From positions 8,618,001 through 8,682,000 of the forward strand of contig NC_043001.1 in assembly GCF_006345805.1 (NCBI RefSeq): DNA of 64,000 bases, written 5' to 3'. Within the stretch, counting starts at the first letter, position 1; each line of letters opens with the position of its first letter. This DNA is from Octopus sinensis. Its lineage: Eukaryota. A program made the position numbers and the translations under genes. Below, in pieces: positions 1 through 11,765 of the stretch. Below the pieces are notes generated by a model, which saw only the letters and a program-made list of their open reading frames with translations, did no database searches and was not told the DNA's origin.

Positions 1-353
1 TTTCCCCTTTTGCTGATCTGATTATTTATTTATATATATACATAAAACAAGAATAACTGTGCAACCACTACATAAGCAAGGAATACTATTTAGGATTTTC
101 TCGTGTAAATAAATATTTGTAATTAACTTTAATAAGATGCTTAACTGTCCAATAAACAAGATAATAATGTATATAATTCTAAGTCATAAGTGATCGACAT
201 TCCAACACCTCCATCAAAATATTTGTTATTTGCTATGCATTTGAATCGATAATGCGGATGATTTGTTAGTAATTCGCAGACAATTGATGTATGTATATAT
301 ATATATATATACATACTACTACTACTACTACCACTACTAACATTTATATAGGA

Positions 354-738
354 CTAGCAGTATCGCCCGGCGTTGCTCAGGTTTGTAAGGGAAATAACTA
401 TAAAGCATTTTTAGAGAGTTGTAGCCAAAAAATCGCAACAAAATGGAAGAAGATGATGGTAATTTTTTTTTTAGAGTAAAAATAGGTGGAGTTGCGTCCC
501 CTAGACAGTTTGAGGTTTGTGTTTCTGATTCTCGACCCCATGTCGAATTTATTGATTTTTTTGAGAACTGGGGGAAACTTTTCAAAATTTTCGCTGCGTT
601 AGTTTTGAATTATGACATTGGGCTATGTGTGTGTCAAGTTTCATCAGAATCTGTTGAAAGCCGTGGTCAGGGTGAGGGTACAAGCAAACAGACACACAGA
701 AACACGCACAGACAAACTGCCGTTTATATATAGAGAGA
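354..738 (-). mobile_element. Non-autonomous Helitron (Lep1-like architecture), copy 1
   Basis: Minus strand reads A|TC(TCTC)TATATA at its 5' end and ends in a GC hairpin (CCTGAGCAACGCCGGG) followed by CGATACTG-CTAG|T. These are the canonical Helitron termini, inserted between A and T. The terminal ~100 bp are shared with 40722-41116 and 59812-60208. Confidence 0.8.
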
Positions 739-843
739 TAACATTTTGTTTTCAGAAAGAAAAAAATTATCACAAGTGGCAGCATATCAAAATAGGTTTA
801 AAGTTTGAAATTATAAGCAACTTATAAACAAGGGCAAAAAAAA

Positions 844-1038
844 AATTATTTCCATGCCAATATGCTGAGAACAGACTTTAAATAATCAATTTCCATATTT
901 CATTTTACAATCACTGTGAATACACGTCCTGCTGAAATCGAGTATTTCAGCACGACGTGTATTCACAGTGATTGTAAAATGAAATGTGGAAATTGACGAT
1001 TTAAAGTCTGTTCTCACCATATTGGCATGGAAATAATT
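844..1038. repeat. Foldback/MITE-like hairpin, 95-bp arms, 5-nt loop
   Basis: 844-938 is the reverse complement of 944-1038 with about 5 mismatches; loop CGAGT at 939-943. Confidence 0.95.
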
Positions 1039-1389
1039 CAAATATTTAGTTACGAATCCACAACTAATTTTATAAAATTTGGTGAAAATATACTTGAAGA
1101 CGGATTATGCAATTTCGTGTGTCACATATGCGTCAAGAATTTTGGAGTGTTCGTATACGTCTAGATGGATGTCTGTATTTAAATCACATATTGGCATTGA
1201 AATAATTTCTCTAATGCCCCTGTTTATAAGTTGTATATATATAAATATATATATAAATGAAAGAATGGAGTCGAACGACGATTTAACAAAATTCCTTTAT
1301 TCTCGACATATGTTTCGAAGACTGCATATTCTACCCAGGTATCGGTTGACCGAATTATCCATACTAGGATAATTCATTCAACTACTTAA

Positions 1390-1474
<85 letters not shown>
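1390..1474. repeat. (TA)n/(CA)n microsatellite
   Basis: Direct reading. Confidence 0.95.
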
Positions 1475-1479
<5 letters not shown>

Positions 1480-2027
1480 GCTAGCCTTCTGGTTTCAGTA
1501 AAAATATTGAACTAAACATTAATTTCTTATATTACTTGAACCCTCTACCTAACAATTTGGCCTCTCCATATTTTCTCTTTTCAGTATTCCGATAACTCTG
1601 TGCTATCACTATGAAACACCGCTTAGCACATCATTCCTGTCAGATGTTACAAGAAACATCATGAAGATTTAGTTGGCGGCTGATGACGGTTCGTAATTTA
1701 TTTTTGTCATGATTTACCTCTTCTGTAAAATATTTGTCATTAATTGTCTTTTCTTTTGTTTCTCATCTTTCTGTCTTAAATTCTGTCGCAGACATTTCTA
1801 TCGTCTCTGTTTTCGCTAATTTATCACCACTTATTTAGTAATGTTTTCATTGGCTTGTTTTCTTTCATCTTGTGCACTTTTCCTAGCGAGTGTTTTAAGC
1901 CGAGACACAGACACATACTCGGTGACTGTCGAGTCGTGACCATCGCTAAAAATTATCTAATCCTAGGTTATAAGACAATGGCAGTTCGTGATAAATTTAA
2001 TGTCAATAAAAATTTGCCCAATAACGC

Positions 2028-2403
2028 GAAGAAAGGCAAAACTTGGCGAAGGAGAAATGAACTCTGTCAATGGCCTTTCCAACAGAAAAATGAGATGGCC
2101 CTAGCATCTCTTTAGTTATTTCTCGAGAAGGACATTCAGAAATAACTCCCGACTCACTGCGACACTGGAAATCTTGTTCGTACTTGTTTAGAGAATTATT
2201 TGGAATTCTATGCAATAGCATAGAATTCCAAATAATTCTCTAAACAAGTACGAACAAGATTTCCAGTGTCGCAGTGAGTCGGGAGTTATTTCTGAATGTC
2301 CTTCTCGAGAAATAACTAAAGAGATGCTAGGGCCATCTCATTTTTCTGTTGGAAAGGCCATTGACAGAGTTCATTTCTCCTTCGCCAAGTTTTGCCTTTC
2401 TTC
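2028..2403. repeat. Perfect palindrome, 186-bp arms, 4-nt loop
   Basis: 2028-2213 is the exact reverse complement of 2218-2403, with no mismatch found by eye; loop AATA at 2214-2217. Confidence 0.97.
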
Positions 2404-2530
2404 ATCTCAACGGAAGTCATCCTTCTTGCGTGACAGGCATCGTAAGGTTGTCAGTTTATTCACTGACCATGAGACAGGCTCTGCAGGGTTACATGATAGT
2501 AAAAGCGCTAAGAGTGACCTCACTTGAAAT

Positions 2531-2850
2531 GCATATAATGGTTAGGTTGTTCCACTCACGATTTCGAGATATTTGGTTCGATTGTCAGACCGTTGTGTTC
2601 TTGAGTTGCGTTCGATTCCCAGACCGTTACGTTGTGTTCTTGAGCAAAGCAATTCATTCCATGTCGCTCTGCCGTCATGTCATTATCTGACATGTGGCAC
2701 ACATTTCCACCTGTACAGGTGAGGTCGATTTGATGGAGGGAGTGAGCTTATGTGTTCCCAAACATTTGATCACCATAACCAAATCATCTGTGTGGTCGTT
2801 CGATAGGGAATTGACAAATCCTCATACGTGGTCTAACGACGGGAGAGTCC
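2531..2850 (+). mobile_element. tRNA-derived SINE, family D (local label), with internal duplication of the B-box segment
   Basis: GTTCGATT..CAGACCG..TTGTGTTCTTGAG occurs twice (about 2575-2645). The body (TCTGACATGTGGCAC..ACC.GTAC.GGT) matches the reverse complement of 41165-41750. Confidence 0.6.
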
Positions 2851-2887
2851 ATCATCATATAAATATATTCATATATTCATATATTCA

Positions 2888-3050
2888 GGCGCAGGCTGTA
2901 TGGTAAGTGGCTTGTTTACCAACCACATCGTTCCGGGTTCAGTCCCACTGCGTGCCACCTTGGGCAAGTGTCTTCTACTATAGCCTCGGGCCGACCAAAT
3001 CCTTGTGAGTGGATTTGGTAGACGGAAACTGAATGAAGCCCGTCGTATAT

Positions 3051-3105
<55 letters not shown>

Positions 3106-3322
3106 TATATATATGCGTGTGTGTGTTTGTGTGTCTGTGTTTGTTCCCCTAGCATTGATTGACAACCGATGCTGGTGTGTTTATGTCCCCGTCACTTAGC
3201 GGTTCGGCAAAAGAGCCCGATAGAATAAGTCCCGGGGTCGAGTTGCTCGATTAAAGGCGGTGCAGTCAAATGGCCGCAGTCAAATGACTGAAACAAGTAA
3301 AAGAGTAAAAGAGTAAAAGAGT
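2888..3322 (+). mobile_element. tRNA-derived SINE, family A (local label), with internal (TA)n(TG)n and (AAAGAGT)n tail
   Basis: GGCGCAGG..TGGTAAG head with GGTTCAGTCCC B-box-like motif, body GGATTTGGTAGACGGAAACTGA, 3' hairpin CAGTCA-AA-TGACTG and tail repeats. Near-identical to at least six other copies in the window. Confidence 0.9.
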
Positions 3323-3486
3323 ATATGTACACACACACACACACACACAAACACCCACAAACACACGCATGCACATAGACACATACGCAAATATATACAT
3401 AAACACACGCACTGGATGATGTTTTTCGGTATTTACCAAGTCCCTACTTGCATTCACGCAAATCTTGGTTCTTTTATTCCTTTCAG

Positions 3487-3551
3487 GTTCGGTGAAATAC
3501 CATGACGACCGTGTTGTAGATGAATACATTAGTAACATCAAAGTCCTTTAA
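3487..3551 (+). CDS. Possible orphan terminal coding exon (xSVKYHDDRVVDEYISNIKVL*), product unknown
   Basis: Strong acceptor TTCTTTTATTCCTTTCAG|G, 20 open codons then TAA, downstream AATAAA near 3738 and 3971. No homologue recognised and no partner exon found. Confidence 0.2.
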
Positions 3552-6500
3552 ATATGTTCAATAATCATTACCTCTTTTCCTTCCAATCCATTTCCAGTAA
3601 ACGGTCCTTTAGTAAGTCTAGGTTTATAATATCTAGTTATGAGTTAATATAGTGCTCTGTATTAATATATTACAAGTTGTTTCATATATTCTCCCAAAAT
3701 TGTATAATTTATTGTTGCTTTTGACTTATGAGCAAGAAATAAAGTGTAAATGTTTACGCAAAAAGGCAATATCATTAACAATAGAACAGAATGTAAATAT
3801 GGTTTATATGTTGCCAATAGTTAGCATCTGATTTCCCGTCAATATTACATGAAAACTGGTGTATTGGGAAATTAAACAATATGGATGTCATCAAAATTGA
3901 ATTGGCATCTACTCTTTCAAGTAGCAAATATTTCTCTGAGGCTGCTTCTACACATTATTATTATTTCATGAATAAATGCGTAGATGATGAGGGAACGTAC
4001 GATTATTAATATCAGAAATTATTCTATAAAGATTTTCCGTTTATATTTTCCCGGATCTCGCATCCATTATATTACTAACTATAAATGCCGTATAGGCATA
4101 GGAAATATTAAAACTGTTGCTTTTCATGCATTAAACATTCGAGTCCATAACGAAAGTATTTTGACAAACTACAATATTCTGCGTCTAAGTGGGACGTTTA
4201 GTTTGTTTTTATACGATGCAGGTTAGATTGAAGAGTAAACCAAGGAAGTTTCTAATGTCTCCTACAATAAATATAACCCTTATTTGATCCGTCATTGAAA
4301 GTAGCAGTGATAGTCATGATGTCTTTCATGGGAGCTATTGATGTGGATGATCAGAAATAGCTTTCGAATTTTCTACTCAAAGGAATATCCACGCCCGTAG
4401 ACTTGTTTCTCATAAACAATAAATTTCAGTGTACCACGCAGTCCATAACGTCTACTTAACCTATACTAGAAGTAAAATGAAAATTTGTGGATTCTGATTT
4501 TAAGGAAATATTTCAAATTCCTATGAATGAAGCATAGATTTATATTACTGCTGCTATTTATTGCTGGTTTAGATGTTAAACCAGTATTGATTTTTCACAC
4601 GACGTATCAAAGCCAAATATTTGTGGGCTGGATTACAGTAAATTGAATCACCTATAGAGCATGAATGGTACTTAGTTTACCAAACTCAGTGAAATGAAGA
4701 GCAAAATCAATATCTCTATCATCTAAACTCGTGATGTTGAAGGAAATAACTATTTTAATGCTTATATTTTGGTACTCTAATACATCTTATACTCACAACC
4801 AAAACTATATTTATTACGCAAGGAATGGACTTTTATTACATGCAGGCATACACACCCAAACATACACATTATATATATATATATATATTATACACATGTA
4901 GATAAGTTCGCTTTGATGTCAGTGTCAGGCAAAACATATTAGATTGTATAAAACTTTCGTTCAATGTTTTAAGTAGTTATATATTTGAGACTAGAAATAA
5001 CCATTTTATTGGTTCGCTTAAACTTGACCGAGAAGAATATTGAGGTGCGAAGCCTAGAGTGGGAAAAAATATGAACCAGTGAGACCCTTGTTCTCCAAGT
5101 CCTCAGCGGTCCACAGGAAACAGGAAACAATCAATCTAAACGGTAGATGTATCCCACCCAATCTATATGTATGCGTGCGTGTGTGTGGAGGGGGAACGGG
5201 TTTGTGTGTGTGTGTTTGCACTTTTTGTTTGTGGGTTAACAAGGCTACCAATGATTTTTGCTGAAGGCACTTCTAATTTGCAATCGTACCACATGGAAAC
5301 GTTGCTGCCCATCTCCATTTTAAAGTGTTATGCGAGATTGTACGGCATTTCGAAATATAGAAATAAGTATGGATGACATGGGATGTGAATTATAACGATA
5401 TTTTAATGCATTAGCCAGAAAAGGATTAAGGGGAAAACAGAAGAGTGAATGAATTTCTTTTCAAAAAAAACAAAGAAAAGAAACGTGAAGGGAATAACGG
5501 TTCAGCATGATGTGAAATAAGCAGAAGAAAGAGGCTGAATGAAAGAGAGATGATGACGGTTTCGTTTTAGATATAGCGTTCTATTTTAATATTATGTTCT
5601 GGAATGTTTTTAGTATGAAAATCCTATTTAAGGAATAAAATATAGTGTTCAGAATAAATGTGTTGTGGTTACTGTAGCTCAATAAGAAAGAAAATTTTTG
5701 CCATTCGTACTAGAAAAGGCACTTGGCTACAGAAGCAGCAACCTATTTAGTGTACCTGTTGTTTCACTTCAACACACTTTTCTCCATACACCTTAGTTAT
5801 GCTTTTCAGAGAAATGGTTGCTGAAAATGTATAAGTTGTGAAGTAATACGACTGCAAATTTTAGGCTTACTCTTAAAACATTCCGTTCCAGTAATCCTTA
5901 AGAAAAAATGAAGTTAACATTATTAGTAAGCGCATACCAAGTTGTAATTGTAACTCAGGAAATGTGATAACTGAGCTCTTGTTGTCACCAGATAAGCTCT
6001 GATCTGCGAATGCAAATACTAAGGTTATTAACAATGTTTTGTGGATTACTGGATCAGAAGGAATTCGAAGAAGGGCTAAAATAGAGAGTTTTCTAATTCG
6101 CAAAACGTAAAATGATATGTAAATCTTTCTCCCTTCTACAATCTGCAGGTTGTGAAGGGGTTGAAATAGACGGTGATCACTTTTACATGATTTTGAATAT
6201 AATTCCTACATCAAGGAAAAACGAAAAATTCTTTAAACTACGATTATTGAAATAAAGATGGCTTTTAGAGTAGGATACATTACATACTAAGTAATGCACT
6301 CGCACATTTATCAAAAATGACGGTTCCATAATTCTCTTATAAAATTGGCTGCATTTCCATTTTGAACAAGCATTCGTCTACATATTATAAATCGTTAAAG
6401 ACGGGAAGTGAAAAATGCTTGTCTCAAACAACTCACGTAATTCATTCGCAGTGGGAGAATGGTGAATTGTCTTTAATTAGTTCTATTCTTGTGATTTAAT

Positions 6501-7289
6501 AAGGTTCCACACTTGGAGATAACTTCGAATTCATTCTGATCCAAAAATGTTCAAAACATTTAAAAACATAATTAATGGTATACACAGATCCCAGCTTAGT
6601 CTGACACGAGCACGGACTCATTTATCACATTTTATGTTACGGTAATAATTGTTACGGTAATATAAATATTTCATGTTTGAGAAAAAAATGTCTTGTTTGA
6701 ATACTTGTGTATTCCGGTCACATTGACCTAAATATATTAATATTTTAAGAGAATTGCTTTGTGAAATGAATTTCTAACGTTTACCATTCTGGAAAGAAGA
6801 ATAGATTAAGAAAACAGATGAGACCGTGATTAAGACGTCGAAGCTGACACAATCATGCAAATATATCGGATAGAATTTGAAGAGGATCCACTATTTTCTT
6901 CTTTCAAGAAGCAAGAAGTTTCAGTTGCAGATTAACTGGAAGACGTTGAACAATCTATAAACCTGCGGTATAAATGTGTGGTGGTTATTTTGTGTTCCTG
7001 AGCATCTTTATGCCATCAAGAGATTCAGCTATGTTTATTGGATATTTTGATATTTGTCTTTTTCTGACGCGGGAGGTCCCAACCCAGCATTGTATAGGTG
7101 GATATAAAATAGTTGAGGAATTTTTGCGACATTCACGAAATGGTTTAGTAACTTTTATACAGTTTTGTTAGAATTATTGGCATGATATTGCCATGCATGT
7201 TATGTATGAAAGAAAATGGAAGTGCGGCAGCAATTGTCGCAAAGATGAGATCAATAACAAAGGAGAAAATGGTTTTGAACAATTAGCTG

Positions 7290-7960
7290 AAGGTCGGAAC
7301 AAAAACCTGTACATGGCAAATATGTCGCCCGGAGCAAACAAATTGTGTGGCTACGGAGATCATGACTAAATGTAGGAGCGAAAGCTTTATTTTTACCCAC
7401 TCAATATCTGAGCATTTTGATTCGGAACTATTAAGCTATTGGGATGAAAATGGAGTAGACTCAAAGTTCCGATACAGTAAATACGAAACTAAAGCAGTGG
7501 ACCACCTAATCTCTGCTTTTAACACCTGTAGAGTATAAATCAAGATATAACAGATTTGGTCAATATTTAAACTCGACGATATGTCGGCATAATAAAATCA
7601 AAACTGCTCACAAATGGTATAAGTTCTAGCCTGAGCAAGAAAATGTAATGCTATGTTGGGCCTTTCCAGTACATACAGACTGGACCATCAAAGTTTATAT
7701 CGAGATATTGTTGTGAAAAACCAAAGCGATAACATCTTTTTTATATTCTGAGGTGAGCATACATTTTAATTATAGTATCCCAGCAAAAGAATTTGAGCAG
7801 ATAAAAAAATATAAAGATTTGCTCATTGAAATCGAAAACCAATGATTTCAGGAGCACTTGGAATGATGAAAAAAAAAAAGAGAACTGAAGATTATCTAAG
7901 AATGAACTCTGTCTTACCGTCCATACAGGACGAACAAGAGATTGAATTACAGGTAGGTGG
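7290..7960 (+). mobile_element. Decayed 3' part of an R4/NeSL-type (RLE) non-LTR retrotransposon
   Basis: Broken frames give KNLYMANM/KPLHG-like, ETKAVDHLISA (ET.DHLISGC zinc-finger flank), LWAFPVHTDWTI, KKYKDLLIEIE and ISGALGMMKK, matching RLE endonuclease motifs LWDFPVHTD..RPD, KYKDLEIE and VIGALG. Confidence 0.6.
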
Positions 7961-8224
7961 AGCTTATTCAGAAGAGCTTTGTCACACTGGATTTTCTTTC
8001 CTTTTTCTCTTTCATATTTTTCATTTTCACATTTTGTTCCTTTTTTCCCTTTTTTCTCTCGGTCTTTCTTCCCCTTCGTTTCCTATCACATGCCTTTGTA
8101 AATGAACTATCTGGTATGTTTATTTTAATGGCCTACAAATGTATACAACGGGGTTCTACCTCCTCTATGATTGGAAGACAATCGACAAGGATTGGGAACA
8201 ATGTTGAAAGAAGGAAATAATGAT

Positions 8225-8490
8225 GTTTATGGGGGGAAAATAAATAAATAAATAATAATAATAATAATATTAATAATAATAATAATAGTAATAATAATAA
8301 TAACAATAATAATAATAATAGTAATAGTAATGGTAATGATGATGATGATGATGATGATGATGGTGATGATGACGATGATGATGATGACAATGATGATGAT
8401 GACGATTATGATGACGATGATGATGACGATGATGATGATGATGATGATGATGACGATGATGATGAGGATGATGATGATGACGATGATGAT
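8225..8490. repeat. (AAT)n followed by (GAT)n compound trinucleotide repeat
   Basis: Direct reading. Confidence 0.95.
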
Positions 8491-8529
8491 GGGAAGGAGG
8501 AGGATAATAGAGTTTAGGATTTATTAAAT

Positions 8530-10745
8530 ACAGAAGGGACAGAATTTATGTGCGAGTTTAAGAAGGCTAACCAGTGGAGACTAAATCAAGAGGCAAGTGA
8601 AGTCAATAATGCTTTGATGTACACTGAAACAACGGACATAACACAAATAAATAATCTCATCAAGGCTACAAGTAAGATTGCCGCAGAAAAGATGGGATCG
8701 AAGAATACTGAGAACAGAACATCGACTGTCAGAAGAGGAAATAAACAACCTTGTTGGAAAAGAAGAATTAGAAAAGAAGATATAAACTCCCTGAATATGT
8801 TAGTGTCAATACTTGCCAGGAAAAGAATTGGAGAATGTAGAATGATCGCAAATTTGTAAATGAGTGCAAAATGTATGGTGTAGATGCAAAAGGTCTGATC
8901 GTTGTAATTGAAGAACGGAAGCAGCTCATACTTGCCAAAATTTCAACGAAAGCTACATTTGAACAGGGAATGAAGCAATAGCGGCAAAACAAATTGTTTT
9001 GAACCAACGAAAAACGATTTTATCAATAAATTAATGATGTAGTACGGGGAAGATTAGTTCCCGATGTTTATGAAAGCTGATAGTTTGGGGGTAAGTTATA
9101 GAGCGAGCAAGGACGTAATACTACAGCTGAATGGCTCTGCAGCCTGAATAAAAATTACTTCTTATCCTCGGCAAGAGGTTATTCACTTCACAGACGACAG
9201 CATTAGAAATATGAGTAAAGAGATAAGCACGTGGAAAGTAGCCGGACCTGATGATGTATAAGGATTTTCGGTAAAAAGTTCAATACGTGCTATAAATTGA
9301 TCGCAGAGCAATATAATGCATTGATCGATGGAGAGGAGGAAACCTTGGGTTGTTTGACTAAAGAACGAACGATTTCATCAAAAGAAAGAGCTGCTGACAA
9401 TTAAAGACCAATTTTCTGCGTCCCCATTATATGGAAGTTACTGTTAGGAGAAAGTGCTGAAGGACTGTACAAGTTTGTTGAGGAGGACGATATGTTACCG
9501 ATGGAACAAAAAAGTTGTAGGAGGGGATGAAAAGTCGCCAAAGTGGAATTATTGATAGACAAAATGGTAATGCAAGATTTTAAACAGAGGGTAACAAATT
9601 TGGGAATGGCCTGGATTGACTATCGCAAAGCTTACGATATGATTCCACATTCGGTATCATTGAGTGCTTAGATCTGTTTGGAATTGCGAGGAATGTAACG
9701 TGTTTTCTAGAGAGAAGTATGGTGCCGTGGAAAAGTTTGGGTACCCTGGGCATTGGAATAGGGATTTTTCCAGGATGATAGCATTTTGTTTTCTTCAAGG
9801 TCCAGCTGACCTTAGAACTTAGGAAAATGAACTTGTGATATCAGCTCAAGAGGCAATCTCAGACAATCAACCATCTACACTTCGTGTATGATTTGAACCT
9901 GCATGGCAGGTGTGAGGCACAAGGGAGTTCTTTGATGAACACGGTCCACAGTTTTAGTGCTGATATTAGAATGGAATTCGGACTCGAGTAGTGTGGCATA
10001 ATGTACATGAAAAGAGGAAGGTATGGTCCCTAGCAAGGATAGAATTACTTAACGGAGAACTAATAAAACAAATTGAGGAGTGACCCGGAGATGGAGACAG
10101 AAGCATTTATATACGCAGCACATTAACCAAAAACAAGCGTTAAGGACGATATGAAGAAGAGAATCGACAACACCACCGATAGAGACGTCGATAAGGTACA
10201 TCGCTAGCGAATTGGCACAGCGCTATTACCAAAGTTGACGTGTCAATGGGGAGAGGTTGTAGAAATCACAGCCTACAAAACTCTGCCCACCGCTTCCACC
10301 GCAAGTCGAGTCCAGAGAGAGGCAAGACTTGGAATGAAACAAACTGCAGAATGTCAGAGTCGGAGAAGAGTAAAATCATCTCGAATTTCCTAATCGAAAC
10401 AGATCAAGTGCTAGATCCTACCAGACCGGACCTAATGGATGTGGACAAGATGCACCATATATGCTATTTAATTGATGTTGCATGCCAAGTTGACCTACGA
10501 ATAACCAAGAAGACGAAAATTATATAGATACAACCGTCTTAAGTACAAAATAGAAACGGCTATGGAACATGAAGAAGGTGAAGATAGTGTCAATTATGAC
10601 TGGGTCCTTCGGAACAGTATCAGATGGCATCAGTTAAGTAAGAAACCCAGAAAAACGACCCAGAATCCTTGCCGTTACCTGATCGATGCCAATGGTAATC
10701 ATAGAACGTGCAGGTAGCTGTAGACAATTTAGTAATAGTAATAAA
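8530..10745 (+). mobile_element. R4/Dong-like non-LTR retrotransposon relic (RT + RLE), many stops and frameshifts
   Basis: Motifs PCWKRRI, WKVAGPDDV (~9232), MAWIDYRKAYDMIPHS (9606-9653), GIFQ.DS, INHLHFVYDLNL (YADD-equivalent, ~9866), DIRMEFGLE and NFLIETDQVLDPTRPDL..CYLIDVAC (RLE). Ends in a TAA-rich tail. Confidence 0.85.
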
Positions 10746-10859
10746 TACTTTATCCTTATCTAATACTAGCCAAAGTTAACAAATTCACCTTTCAAAATAG
10801 ATACAGCTTAAAGGGAGATAACTGAGAATTTCCTGAAAGTGAACGTAAGACCGAAAACC

Positions 10860-11069
10860 CGTAAATCAAATATAATAAATAATCCAGTATCCTTGTCCTG
10901 TACTGGATCGATCGCAAAGTCTACTCATTTCGCTTCCAGTCACGAGGTCAACCATCTCAGAAAGTTTCATCCGAATCCATCCAGCAGTTCTTGAGATATC
11001 TCGTCCACGGCCAAACAAACAAACAAACGCAGTGGAAAACAATACCTCTGTCTTCGCTAAAGCGGGGCC

Positions 11070-11070
<1 letters not shown>
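10860..11070 (+). mobile_element. Helentron-associated non-autonomous element (HINE/DINE-like) fragment
   Basis: AAAGTTTCATCCGAATCCATCCAGCAGTTCTTGAGATATC, an internal (AAAC)n, then a degenerate terminal hairpin ACCTCTGTC-TTCGCTAA-AGCGGGG running into (AAT)n. This layout is typical of HINEs. Confidence 0.5.

Positions 11071-11141
<71 letters not shown>
11071..11141. repeat. (AAT)n microsatellite
   Basis: Direct reading. Confidence 0.95.
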
Positions 11142-11143
<2 letters not shown>

Positions 11144-11414
11144 ATTCAAGTTTTTAGTGAAGAGTGTATTCAGATATTCGAATATTGGGATCACAATTTC
11201 AGTATCAATCAGGAATTTACTTTGAATCAAATCCAGAGAATTACGCAGCTCTTTAAAAGTCACCTGGAAGCCTTCTGCGAGAATAGATATCTTTAAAGGT
11301 GTCTAGATATAAGTAGGGTGTGTTGTAATCGTTTGGTTTTAATTTCTTCGGCAATGACAACCATGACTGAGAGAACATAAGTTTTTCATATCCATATATT
11401 TATCATCTTGCTTC

Positions 11415-11765
11415 TTCCAGGCTTTAGACTGCGGCCATACTGGAGCACTGCTTTAGAGAATTTTTGTCGAATGATTCGACTCTAGTACATTTTATTTTGA
11501 GACCGGCATTTATCGGTATTTTCATTAAGCTGCTAAGTTACATTGATTCAAACACATCAGCACATATTGTCAATGGTGGTTGTGGGATAAAGTTAGATAC
11601 ATATACGCTAAGGGCTTCTTTCAGTTTCCGTCTACCAACTCCACTAACAATACTTTTGTCGACCTGAGGCTATACTAGAACGCACTTGTCCAAGTTATCA
11701 AGCAGAGGTACTGTACTGAGCAACATGTAGCTGGGAAGTGAATTTCGTACCATAGACCCACAGAG
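11415..11765 (-). mobile_element. SINE family A, old degraded copy
   Basis: GACTGCGGCCATACTGGAGCAC and GGGCTTCTTTCAGTTTCCGTCTACCAA match family A on the minus strand. Confidence 0.7.

Noticed and set aside
1975-2500. piggyBac-like peptide traces (EMKKGK..GE, KNLPNNAKKGK) at the palindrome edges
   Set aside because: Too short and frameshifted to support without an HMM search.
5257-5306. CTGAAGG..GAAACGTT
   Set aside because: No supporting helix I or II pairing.
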